64,000 nt of DNA, taken from positions 288,001 to 352,000 of the forward strand of contig CAXXVZ010000005.1 in the NCBI GenBank assembly GCA_963678065.2. The letters run 5' to 3'. Position 1 is the first letter of the stretch; the number at the start of each line of letters is the position of its first letter. The notes beneath the pieces are model-generated. The model was not told where the DNA came from and ran no database searches. It saw only the letters and a list, made by a program, of their open reading frames with translations. The position numbers and the translations under genes were made by a program. The DNA comes from Treponemataceae bacterium. Its GTDB lineage: Bacteria > Spirochaetota > Spirochaetia > Treponematales > Rectinemataceae. Below are positions 24,735 to 34,037 of this stretch, piece after piece.

Positions 24735-25692
24735 TATCCGCGTCGGAACCCTGGTGAAGGGGCTCGGGAATCCGGCCGCCGCGATCGCGTCGCTCTCGCC
24801 CGCCGGCTTCGAATCCTGGTCGATCATGTTCTGGGAAACGATCGGAGAGGGCGATCTTTCCCGCCTCGCGGATGAAATCCTTGCGGCCATCGGGAGCGCG
24901 CCCGAACTTCCGGGCGGAGGCCGGGCCGTCGTCAGCAGCCTCTCGATCTACGGAAACCCCCTCCGGGACGACGAGACGGGCGAAGAAATCAGGCGCTCGT
25001 GGCGGGCCCTCATAGACACTGCGCCTCGGTTCGCGACTTCGGCGCTTGCCTCGGCGGCGCCTCGGTTCGCGGAGGGCGGGCGGAACATTCCCCTCGTGTC
25101 CGGTTTCGCGGGAAGAATCGCGGGCGCGGGCGTGGAGGCCTCTCTGGGCCCCTGGCGGGAACTGTTCTCTGACCTCGCGGGACAGGCCGCGGGCCGGGAC
25201 GTCAGGCTCGCCTTCGAAAACTGCAGGATGGGCGATACCTGGAAAACCGGAAAGTGGAATATCGCCATAAATCCCGATGCCTGGGAACTCATGTTCGGCG
25301 CCCTCGGCGCGGAAAACATCGGACTCGAATGGGAGCCCTGCCACCAGGTCGAGGCCCTGGCCTCTCCTCTGCCTCAGCTCGGGGCATGGGCCCGCAGAAT
25401 TTTCCATGTGCACGGAAAAGACTCGCGCATAGACCGCGCCCTCCTCGCGGAGCGCGGTCTGTACGGAAAGAAAAAGTTCCACGCATCCTGCTTTCCGGGC
25501 AATGGGGACACGGATTGGCGGGCTGTTTTCCGCCTCCTCGAATCCTCGGGCTACCGTGGAACCGTGGACGTCGAGGGCTGGAACGACGACGAATGGTCGG
25601 GCGAGCGTGAGATCGAGGGGCAGACGAGGGCTCTCGCCCACCTGAGGGCCGCCCGGGCGGGCGATTCCTCCGCCTCCAGTGATCCGATTTGA
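24727..25692 (+). CDS. Sugar phosphate isomerase/epimerase family (TIM barrel)
   Basis: FENC, LEWEPCH, HVHGKD, PGNGDTDW, DVEG. Confidence 0.87.
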   Translation: MSDIRVGTLVKGLGNPAAAIASLSPAGFESWSIMFWETIGEGDLSRLADEILAAIGSAPELPGGGRAVVSSLSIYGNPLRDDETGEEIRRSWRALIDTAPRFATSALASAAPRFAEGGRNIPLVSGFAGRIAGAGVEASLGPWRELFSDLAGQAAGRDVRLAFENCRMGDTWKTGKWNIAINPDAWELMFGALGAENIGLEWEPCHQVEALASPLPQLGAWARRIFHVHGKDSRIDRALLAERGLYGKKKFHASCFPGNGDTDWRAVFRLLESSGYRGTVDVEGWNDDEWSGEREIEGQTRALAHLRAARAGDSSASSDPI

Positions 25693-25724
25693 CTCCGCCG
25701 GCCTCCAGAGCTTATGCTCATCGC

Positions 25725-26600
25725 ATGATACCAAGACTTCCATTCGGCCGGACAGGCCATGAGTCATCGCGCCTTCTTTTCGGCGCCGCTGCCCTCGCGA
25801 AAGTGAGCGAGGCCGACGCGGACAGGACACTCGGCCTCGTCCTCGACGCCGGCGTAAACCACCTCGACACCGCGGCGAGCTACGGACAGGCCGAGGAACG
25901 GATGGGCCCTTGGCTTTCCGCCCACCGCAACGAGGTTTTCCTCGCGACCAAGACGGAGCGACGGACGAAATCCGAGGCCATCGCCGAACTCGAGCGCTCG
26001 CTGCGGCTCCTGCGCACCGACCACGTCGACCTCTGGCAGATGCATGTTCTCGTGAGGGAAGACGAGTGGGAGACCGCCATGGGAGAGGGCGGAGCGCTCG
26101 AGGCCTTCGTCGAAGCCAGGCGCCGCGGCCTCGTCCGCTTTCTCGGGGTGACCGGCCACGGCAAGGCCGCGCCTTCCATGCACTTGCGCAGCCTCGACGA
26201 ATTCGACTTCGATTCGGTCCTCTTTCCCTGGAACTGGCAGCTCTCGGGGGACCCCGCCTACGCGGCGGCGGCGCGTACACTCGTCCACGTCTGTCGCAGG
26301 CGGGGCGTCGCGGTCCAGCTCATCAAGGCCTTCTGCCGCCGCCCCTGGGGCGACCGTCCCCGTACCCACCCGACCTGGTACGAGCCGATAGAAGAGCCCG
26401 CCGACATCGCGCGGGCCCTCGGCTGGGCCTGGCAGGTTCCGGGAGCATTCGTCAACAGCGCGGGTGACATCGACCTTCTTCCCTCGATCATCGACGCAGC
26501 ATCCGGCCAGACCCCCGGGGCCGACGAGGACAACGGACCCGACGACGAGGCCATGGCGGAGATGGCATCGCGCCTCGGAATGGAGGATCTCTTCGCGTGA
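25725..26600 (+). CDS. Aldo/keto reductase
   Basis: FGRTG, LDTAASYG, LATK, DLWQMH, GVTGH. Start at ATG 25725 follows a TTGACT-18-TATGCT promoter. Confidence 0.92.
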   Translation: MIPRLPFGRTGHESSRLLFGAAALAKVSEADADRTLGLVLDAGVNHLDTAASYGQAEERMGPWLSAHRNEVFLATKTERRTKSEAIAELERSLRLLRTDHVDLWQMHVLVREDEWETAMGEGGALEAFVEARRRGLVRFLGVTGHGKAAPSMHLRSLDEFDFDSVLFPWNWQLSGDPAYAAAARTLVHVCRRRGVAVQLIKAFCRRPWGDRPRTHPTWYEPIEEPADIARALGWAWQVPGAFVNSAGDIDLLPSIIDAASGQTPGADEDNGPDDEAMAEMASRLGMEDLFA

Positions 26601-27997
26601 GTCAGGATGGGACAATCCTCCTCTGTGCGATAAACGCGAAATGGATACACCCTTCCCTCGCCCTGCGCCTCCTCGCGGCCAACCTCGGGAATCTGGAGCC
26701 TCGCGCGAGGATACTCGAGTTCACCCTGAGGCAGCCTGTCTTGCAAAAAACCGAGGCCATCCTCGCCGCGCACCCTGAAATACTGGCCCTGTCCGTGTCC
26801 ATCTGGAACCACGCGGCTACGCTCGAACTTCTTCGGGAACTGCGCGCCCGCTGGAAGGAATCCGGACTGAAGCCCCCGACGGTGATTCTGGGAGGGCCCG
26901 AGATCTCGAACCTTCCTGATGCGGCCCCTCTCGCCGGGGAGGCCGACTGGGTGCTGCGAGGAGAGGGCGAACACGCCTTCCGCGAGCTGTGCGCGGCCAT
27001 TCTCGAAGGTCGCCTTCCGGTCGCCGGCGGCGCGATCAGCGCAGTCGGTGGGCGCTTCGTCGAGGCGGCCCCCGTCGCCCCCGAGTCGATACGGACGGGG
27101 TACGCTCTCTACACCGATGAGGACCTTGGCCGCAAACTCAGCTATGTCGAGGCCTCCCGGGGCTGCCCCTTCGGCTGCGAGTTCTGCCTGAGTTCCCTGG
27201 ACAGAAGCGTCCGCAATTTTCCCCTCGATCCCTTTCTCCGCGAGATGGAGGGGTTGATCGGGCGCGGCACCCGCACATTCAAATTCCTTGACCGCAGCTT
27301 CAACCTCGACATCGATCGCGCCCGCGCGATTCTGGAATTTTTCCTCGCGAGGATGAGGCCGGGACTCTGCGTCCACTTCGAGATGGTTCCATCCCGCTTC
27401 CCCGATGGACTGCGCGAGGTGCTGACGCGCTTTCCGCCGGATTCGCTCCGCCTTGAGGTCGGCATCCAGACCTTGAATCCCGCAGTCGCGGCGACGATCG
27501 GCCGCCCTTCCGATCCCGCGCGGGAGCTGGAAACCCTCGTTTTCCTCGGGCAAAGGACGAATGCCACCGTGCACGCCGATCTCATCGCCGGGCTCCCGGG
27601 GGAGAGCTTCGATTCCTTCGCGCGCGGATTCGACCTCCTGTGGTCCGCAAGGCCTTCGGAAATCCAGCTCGGCATCCTCAAGCGCCTGCCCGGGACGCCG
27701 ATCGCCCGGCACGACCTCCCCTTCGGAATGCACTATTCGCCCGATCCACCCTACGAGGTCATCGCGAGCGCCGCCATGGACGAGACCGGGCTGGGCGCGC
27801 TGAAGAATTTCGCGCGGTTCTGGGAGCTCATCGTGAACCGCGGACACTTCGACGATCTCGTTCCCCGGCTTCTGCCCGAGGGCGGGGCCGCGTTCGGGCG
27901 ATTTCTCGGAATCGCCGACGCGCTCGTCGGAAGGTTCGGCCGGAACTGGGGTATCGACCGGAAGGAACTCCGCGCCGCATTGGAGGGGATGTCGTGA
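26597..27997 (+). CDS. B12-binding-domain radical SAM protein
   Basis: AINAKWIHPSLAL, LGGPE, EASRGCPFGCEFC, DLIAGLPGE. Confidence 0.9.
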   Translation: MSQDGTILLCAINAKWIHPSLALRLLAANLGNLEPRARILEFTLRQPVLQKTEAILAAHPEILALSVSIWNHAATLELLRELRARWKESGLKPPTVILGGPEISNLPDAAPLAGEADWVLRGEGEHAFRELCAAILEGRLPVAGGAISAVGGRFVEAAPVAPESIRTGYALYTDEDLGRKLSYVEASRGCPFGCEFCLSSLDRSVRNFPLDPFLREMEGLIGRGTRTFKFLDRSFNLDIDRARAILEFFLARMRPGLCVHFEMVPSRFPDGLREVLTRFPPDSLRLEVGIQTLNPAVAATIGRPSDPARELETLVFLGQRTNATVHADLIAGLPGESFDSFARGFDLLWSARPSEIQLGILKRLPGTPIARHDLPFGMHYSPDPPYEVIASAAMDETGLGALKNFARFWELIVNRGHFDDLVPRLLPEGGAAFGRFLGIADALVGRFGRNWGIDRKELRAALEGMS

Positions 27998-28067
27998 AAA
28001 CCGACGATCCGACTCTGGCTCTGCCATCCGGGCCATGGGATAATGCACTGCAATGAGGAGTAGGACC

Positions 28068-28535
28068 ATGAAAAAAACCGGATTCTTCATCCGCCCATTC
28101 ACGCTGTTCCTGACATCGGCACTTGTCGCTCTCGTATTCTGCGCGCCGGCACCGGTTTCGGCGGAGGCTTACGCCTCGGCCGTCCTCGTCAGGCCCCTGC
28201 TCGTGACTACGGTCACCGGCAACGGAACGCCTATAGATTATCCCGACACGGACAAGGAAGAAATCACTGTCGCCGAGGTCACCCTGAATCCCGGCGCCGA
28301 GACCGGGTGGCACACGCACGCGAATCCGGTCTACGCCTACGTGCTTTCCGGGACGCTGGCCGTGGACTACGCCGACGGGACGGGGCGGACCTTCGCGACC
28401 GGAGAGGCCGTCATCGAAGTCGTCAATGCACCCCACAACGGAAGAGCCGTCGGCGCGGAAGCGGTCAAACTCATCGTTTTCTACACGGGAATACAGGGAA
28501 AGCCCAACTCGGAAAAAGTGGCGGCCTCAAAGTAA
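28068..28535 (+). CDS. Secreted cupin-domain protein
   Basis: Signal peptide, GWHTH, YVLSG, E..HNG cupin motifs. Confidence 0.85.
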   Translation: MKKTGFFIRPFTLFLTSALVALVFCAPAPVSAEAYASAVLVRPLLVTTVTGNGTPIDYPDTDKEEITVAEVTLNPGAETGWHTHANPVYAYVLSGTLAVDYADGTGRTFATGEAVIEVVNAPHNGRAVGAEAVKLIVFYTGIQGKPNSEKVAASK

Positions 28536-28603
28536 GGAAAAGTCGGCGGCCCGTGCCGATAGCTCTTCTGGACACTCATGGAATGAATCGGTAGGCTCGA
28601 AGT

Positions 28604-28627
28604 CTCCGGACCCGGTCGGGTCCGGAG
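28604..28627. terminator. GC-rich hairpin between the cupin gene and P5C dehydrogenase
   Basis: CTCCGGACCC-GGTC-GGGTCCGGAG inverted repeat; no immediate T run. Confidence 0.4.
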
Positions 28628-28768
28628 GGCCGGAGTTTCCGGTTTTCCATCCCACAATTACAGTCTTCTCCGAGTCCCCGGAACCTGCCCCGCCGTGCCG
28701 GAATGGCCCTGGGACCGATGGGCCGCGCGCGAAAGCCCGCGACCTCCCGTGTTTGGAAAGGAGAAATC

Positions 28769-30406
28769 ATGAACGAAACTATCTGCGGACTGCCGCCGCC
28801 GACAAACGCGACACCGCTCGCGTACGCGCCCGGAAGCCGCGAACGCGACTCGATCCGGGTCGAGCTTGACCGCGCCCTCGCCGCTTTGGTCGAAATTCCT
28901 GCCATCATCGGAGGAAAGGAAGTCTACACCGGCCGCATAAAACCGGTCCTCTGCCCCCACGACCGGACGAAGATCATCGCCCACTTCCATGAGGCGCGAC
29001 CGGAGGATGTCCGGGACGCGATCGAGGCCGCCTCGCGCGCGAAGGCCGAGTGGGAAGCCGTGGACTGGAGGGAACGCGCCGCGATATTCCGGCGCGCGGC
29101 CTCCCTCATCTGCGGCGAGCGTCGATTCGAACTGAACGCCGCGACGATGCTCGGCCAGTCGAAGAGCGTCTACCAGGCCGAGATCGACGCGGTCTGCGAG
29201 TCCGCCGACTTCTTCCGGCACTACGGCGGCTTCATGAAACGCATCTTCGAGGAACAGCCGGCGAGCCTTCCCGACGAGTGGAACCACCTCGAGTACAGGG
29301 CCCTCGAGGGCTTCATCTACGCGATTTCACCCTTCAATTTCACCGCCATCGGGGCGAACCTCGCCGCGGCTCCCGCCGTCATGGGGAACACCGTGATCTG
29401 GAAGCCTGCGACCGCCGCGGTCCTGTCGAACTACCTCCTCATGCGGATCTACCGCGAGGCGGGGCTGCCCGGGGGCGTGATCAACTTCCTCCCCGGCCAA
29501 GGCAGCGTCACGAGCGGAGGTCTCCTGCCCCACAGGGACTTCGCGGGACTCCACTTCACCGGCTCGAACCAGGTATTCGATTCCCTCCAGCGCGACATCG
29601 CCGCGGGGCTCGGGAACTACCGCAGCTATCCCCGCGTAGTGGGCGAAACCGGCGGAAAGGATTTCGCCCTCGTCCACCCTTCCGCCGACCCTGAGGTCGT
29701 CGTCGCACAGGCGATACGGGGGGCCTTCGAGTATCAGGGGCAGAAGTGCTCGGCCTTGTCGAGAATCTACATTCCCGCGTCGATGAAGGCATCGGTCCTC
29801 GACAGACTCGTCGAGGAGACCAGGACCATCAGGACCGGCGATGTCCGCGACTTCGGCGCATTCATGAACGCGGTGATCGACGGCGCGGCCTACGAATCGA
29901 TCATGGGCTACATCGAGCGGGCAAAAGCCTCGGCCTCATGCCGCATTCTCGCGGGAGGCAAGGGGGATTCCTCGGTCGGCTGGTTCATCGAGCCGACGAT
30001 CATCCTCGCGGAAGATCCCCGCGCGGAGTCGATGAGTTCGGAGATATTCGGCCCGGTCCTGACAGTGCACGTGTACGACGACAGCCGCGCGGAGGAGATC
30101 TTCGATCTGATCGATTCGACCTCGCCCTACGCGCTCACGGGAGCGTTCTTCGCGAGGGACAGGAAGGCGATCGAGCTGGCTCAGGCGAGACTCAGGAACG
30201 CCGCGGGGAATTTCTACATCAATGACAAACCGACGGGGGCCATCGTCGGGCGCCAGCCCTTCGGCGGCGCGCGGAGGTCGGGCAGCAACGATAAGTCGGG
30301 AGCTTCCCTGAACCTTCTGCGGTGGACGAGCCCGAGGGCGGTGAAGGAAAACTTTGCGCCGCTCCGTGAATGGCGCTATCCGTACATGAGGCCGGAAACC
30401 GACTGA
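28769..30406 (+). CDS. pruA: L-glutamate gamma-semialdehyde (P5C) dehydrogenase, monofunctional
   Basis: SPFNFTAI, FTGS, GETGGKDF, GQKCSA, EIFGP, NDKPTGA, QPFGG; AAGGAG RBS. Confidence 0.92.
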   Translation: MNETICGLPPPTNATPLAYAPGSRERDSIRVELDRALAALVEIPAIIGGKEVYTGRIKPVLCPHDRTKIIAHFHEARPEDVRDAIEAASRAKAEWEAVDWRERAAIFRRAASLICGERRFELNAATMLGQSKSVYQAEIDAVCESADFFRHYGGFMKRIFEEQPASLPDEWNHLEYRALEGFIYAISPFNFTAIGANLAAAPAVMGNTVIWKPATAAVLSNYLLMRIYREAGLPGGVINFLPGQGSVTSGGLLPHRDFAGLHFTGSNQVFDSLQRDIAAGLGNYRSYPRVVGETGGKDFALVHPSADPEVVVAQAIRGAFEYQGQKCSALSRIYIPASMKASVLDRLVEETRTIRTGDVRDFGAFMNAVIDGAAYESIMGYIERAKASASCRILAGGKGDSSVGWFIEPTIILAEDPRAESMSSEIFGPVLTVHVYDDSRAEEIFDLIDSTSPYALTGAFFARDRKAIELAQARLRNAAGNFYINDKPTGAIVGRQPFGGARRSGSNDKSGASLNLLRWTSPRAVKENFAPLREWRYPYMRPETD

Positions 30407-30527
30407 CCGGCCCGGGACGGCCGGACAGGACCGTGATGGGGCGGTGCCCGGACGGGGTGGTCGGGGCCGGAGGCAAAGGCTCTCCGGGCTCCGGCCCCGT
30501 TTTTCCTGGCAGTTCCCCTCCGCCGCG

Positions 30528-32360
30528 CTACTCGTCGTGCTCAGCCATGTAGTTCGCGGAGAGCGGAGAACGGAAGCGGAGGAAGAGTATCCCGACGATC
30601 GCGAGGTTGACGATGGAGGCCGCGGCGAAGCGGTTCCAGGCGGGAGATCCCGACGCGACCGAACCTACGTAGCTGTGGAGTTTGACACCTATCGTGTACA
30701 TCGAATCGTCGCCCAGGAACAGCAGCGGCACGAGAAACCCGTTCCAGGCCGCGAGAAAGGCTATCATCGCGGAGGTCGCGACGGCGGGCATGGCCAGCGG
30801 CAGGACGATCCGGAAAAACCGCGTGAACGCGGAAGCCCCCTCGAGCTCGGCCGCCTCTTCCAGTCCGGAAGGCAGCTTTTCCAGGAAGGCGGAGGTGGTA
30901 AAGAGGGAAAAAGGCGCGGCGTGGAAGAGATAGACGATCACGATGGGGATGTACGATTCGAGGAGCCCGAGGCTCCGGAACAGCACGTAGAGAGGGATGA
31001 GCGAGTGCATGCCGCCCGCCGCGCCGAGGGCCTGGATGCCCGCGAAAATTCCGGCCTTTCTGCCCGCGGAGAATGAGCGCAGCCTGAACGCGGCAGGGAG
31101 GACAAAGAAGGAAATGAGAAAGGCCGAGACCGCCGAGACGCCGAGGGTGTTGAGGAAGGCCCGGCCGAGGCCGTCTTCGGCGAAGATGAGGCGGAAATTG
31201 TCTGCCGTGAAAAACCTCGGAATCGCGGCATCGATGTAGGTCGAGGATAATCCGGAGAAGGAGAGCCAGAGCACCGCGTAGACCGCGAGGGCGCTCGAAA
31301 GAGCGACGAGTCCCGCGAGGGCGAGCCGGAAGGATTGCAGAACGAGGTCGCGAAAGCGGCCGGCCAGCGCAGACAGGGCCGCAGCCGGGAAGGCCCGCGG
31401 CGAAAGCCGGGACTTCGCCGGGCCCCCGATCGATCCGGACCGGGCCGAGCGCGCAAAGGCGAACCTCAGAGCGACGGCCGCAGCCACGATGCACAGGATG
31501 GCCGCCGCGAGGACGGCCGCGTAGGCGGCAGGGATGCCGTAATCGTCCGAAGCCCGGAAAAGATCGTACAGATAGACCTCGAGCGTCGTCGTCGCCCCGA
31601 CTACCGTGCGCCCGGTTATGCCGGACAAAAGGGGCGGCCCGCCCGCGGTGAGGAGAAAGGGGACGTTGAACTCCTTGAGCGCCTTCACGAAGCCGAGGGC
31701 GGCCACGGCGAGGAGGCTACCGGCCACCTGGGGGAAGTAGACCCGCGCCGAAAGGATCCCCGCGCCAGCCCCGTCGATGCGGGCAGCCTCTATCGTTCCC
31801 TTGGGAATCTTGCGCAGGGCCCCGTAGATGACGAAGACGGCCGCGGGCACGTTGAGCCAGGCGTCCACGAAGAGGGCCGCGGCGAAAGAGGCGGCCGGAT
31901 CGGTGAGAAGGTTCACGCGTATGCCGAAGAGGAAGTACAAGAGGGAATCACCCCCCGCTCCGTGGATGAGCATGCGCCAGACGGGCACGGCTATGAAGGC
32001 CGGCACGCCCCAGGGCACGAGGAGGATCGAATACAGGATTCTGAACCCTCGCCGGGCCTCGAAGAGGAGGGCCGCGAGGGAGTAGCCGAGCACGACGGAG
32101 AGGAGCGTGGAGGCGACCGACCAGGCGAGGGTGATTCCGGCCGACATGGCGAAGGCCCTGTCCCCGAGGATGTAGGAATAGTTGTCGAAGCCGGCGAAGC
32201 TGCGCTCGCCGAAGAAATCGTGGAAGAAGGAATCCTTGAGCGCCGAAAAAAACGGGAGGGCGCCCACGACCGCGAAGAGGAGGGCGAGGGGAACGAGCCC
32301 CCAGGCCGACCTGTTTTTTCTGCGCGTCACGGACAGCTTCTCCCGTTTCCCCTCCGACAC
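30528..32360 (-). CDS. Fused carbohydrate ABC permease (MalF-like plus MalG-like in one polypeptide)
   Basis: Two EAA loops (EAARIDGAG and EEAAELEGAS), FAGFDNY in the first half, AWNGFL in the second, joined by a basic linker. Confidence 0.88.
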   Translation of the reverse strand: MSEGKREKLSVTRRKNRSAWGLVPLALLFAVVGALPFFSALKDSFFHDFFGERSFAGFDNYSYILGDRAFAMSAGITLAWSVASTLLSVVLGYSLAALLFEARRGFRILYSILLVPWGVPAFIAVPVWRMLIHGAGGDSLLYFLFGIRVNLLTDPAASFAAALFVDAWLNVPAAVFVIYGALRKIPKGTIEAARIDGAGAGILSARVYFPQVAGSLLAVAALGFVKALKEFNVPFLLTAGGPPLLSGITGRTVVGATTTLEVYLYDLFRASDDYGIPAAYAAVLAAAILCIVAAAVALRFAFARSARSGSIGGPAKSRLSPRAFPAAALSALAGRFRDLVLQSFRLALAGLVALSSALAVYAVLWLSFSGLSSTYIDAAIPRFFTADNFRLIFAEDGLGRAFLNTLGVSAVSAFLISFFVLPAAFRLRSFSAGRKAGIFAGIQALGAAGGMHSLIPLYVLFRSLGLLESYIPIVIVYLFHAAPFSLFTTSAFLEKLPSGLEEAAELEGASAFTRFFRIVLPLAMPAVATSAMIAFLAAWNGFLVPLLFLGDDSMYTIGVKLHSYVGSVASGSPAWNRFAAASIVNLAIVGILFLRFRSPLSANYMAEHDE

Positions 32361-32407
32361 TCCCGGTCCGGCCCTCGTGTCTGCCGTCGGGCCGGAGCAG
32401 GAGTCGT

Positions 32408-33931
32408 TCAGAACTTCGCCTTGACGGACTTCAGCATCTTCACATTCTTGATGCCGGCGGGCACGAGGGCGGCGTTCTTGTCCCAGACCAGGGCGAGAGG
32501 GAACTCGTCCTCGCCGAGATTCGCGCCGTTCTTGTACATGGCGATGATGAGATCGTCGTTGTGGTCCATCTCTTTCGCGTTCAGCGTGACGGTGAATCCG
32601 TCCGCGGCGACGAAATCGACGGGATAGCCGGCGCGCGCGAGGGCGCTCTCGTAGGCGGGAATCGACTTGTCCTGCTTGTGCGGCGCGTTTTTCGGATCGT
32701 CGACATAGCCGAGGATGAGCCAGGCCGGGAAGCCCGTGTAGCTCGCGCTCACTCCTTTGCGCTCGAAGGTCACGGTCTTGCCGTGGCAGCTCACGCAGCT
32801 CTGGATCGTGGAGCGGTCGAGTTCGTGGCTCATCTTCCCCGAGAGGGAAATCCTGAAATCCTTGAAGTCCTTCTGCTTGACGACGATTTTCTTGACCATG
32901 CGCACGGAGAGGTGGCCGTCGATATTCGGATTGCCCGCTCCGACCTTGATCGTGCGCACGTAGCCGGGATCCTTGGGCAGGGCCTCGCCGTCCATCATAA
33001 AGGCGAGAAGCCAGGTTCCGTCCGCCTCGTCCATGACGAGGGAGCCGGGGTAGGTCATCTCGTAGCCGTCCATGGCGACGAAGGTCACGGAGTCCTTGTC
33101 CGAGAGCTTCGTGAAGCGCTCGACGAGTGCGCGCAGCTTGACGCCGCCGTACACATTCGTGTATTTCGTGCCGGCGCTCGTCGTGTAGCTGCCCTTCGCC
33201 TCCATGTAGAGCTCGGAGGAGCGCAGGTCGTCGAGGGAATACGAGGCCTTCGTCCCGTTTATGTCGAGGTCGACGGAGAAGGCTTCGGTCGCGGTCTTCG
33301 CGGGATCGGGGGCGAGGCTCGTCTCGATGGCGACGAGGTCGCGGACCCAGAGATTCTTGGGCGAGTCACCGACGGTCTGGGGAGCGCCCCATTTCCCGTT
33401 TTCCTCGGTGGCGAGGATGAGGGCGTCGGGGGCGAGATCCTTCGTCGAGAAGGTGGCCGTGTAGCCGTCCTTCGAGACGAGGGTTACATCGTAGCCGGCC
33501 TTCCATTTAGCCTCGTCGAAGGAGTAGGGGGCGGCCGAATCGGCTCCGTCGACCATCGCGATGATCCTGGACAGGGGGACGCCGCGGTACTCGAACTTCA
33601 CCCCTTTTTTCTCGACCTGCCGCTTCACGGCCCCTGCGTTGAAAAGCTTCTCGTAATACGAGGTCACGAGGCTGTCGGCCCGGAGGCCGAGAAGCTTGAT
33701 CGTCCAGCCCTCCGTTTCTCCGGACGCGGCGGAGACCGCGTCGGGCGTCGCCTGGGCGAAGGCCGCGGCCGGCACGAGGGCGAGCATGACGAGGGCCGCC
33801 AGGGCCGCCGCCGCTAGGCGAGCCGTCAGGCGAGTCGCGGGGCGCGCGGCACGGCTCAGGGAGCCGGGAACGGCCCGGCGCGGGGTGCTGCCCGACGAGC
33901 GGAGCGTTTTTTCCATCCTGATTCTTTCCAT
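32408..33931 (-). CDS. Secreted protein with three molybdopterin-oxidoreductase-like (Oxidored_molyb-type) repeats and one CxxCH
   Basis: AGGAGG RBS, signal ending AFA-QA, three repeats of YxG(V/F)..DG(Y/F)..(I/L)(L/I)A...(N/D)G..V(R/K); CVSCH in repeat 3. Confidence 0.7.
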   Translation of the reverse strand: MERIRMEKTLRSSGSTPRRAVPGSLSRAARPATRLTARLAAAALAALVMLALVPAAAFAQATPDAVSAASGETEGWTIKLLGLRADSLVTSYYEKLFNAGAVKRQVEKKGVKFEYRGVPLSRIIAMVDGADSAAPYSFDEAKWKAGYDVTLVSKDGYTATFSTKDLAPDALILATEENGKWGAPQTVGDSPKNLWVRDLVAIETSLAPDPAKTATEAFSVDLDINGTKASYSLDDLRSSELYMEAKGSYTTSAGTKYTNVYGGVKLRALVERFTKLSDKDSVTFVAMDGYEMTYPGSLVMDEADGTWLLAFMMDGEALPKDPGYVRTIKVGAGNPNIDGHLSVRMVKKIVVKQKDFKDFRISLSGKMSHELDRSTIQSCVSCHGKTVTFERKGVSASYTGFPAWLILGYVDDPKNAPHKQDKSIPAYESALARAGYPVDFVAADGFTVTLNAKEMDHNDDLIIAMYKNGANLGEDEFPLALVWDKNAALVPAGIKNVKMLKSVKAKF

Positions 33932-34037
33932 CGCTATTCCTCCTTGAAAATGTTGACCGACTTTTTCGCACACCGTGCCTGTGCGCTTCACGATTTACGC
34001 GCTCGCACCCGCGCGCGGGCTCTGTCCCTGCAGCCCC

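Noticed and set aside
33860..33931. Possible Tat signal (PRRAV) in the three-repeat protein
   Set aside because: Poor match to S/T-R-R-x-F-L-K and far from the hydrophobic core; Sec export is at least as likely.
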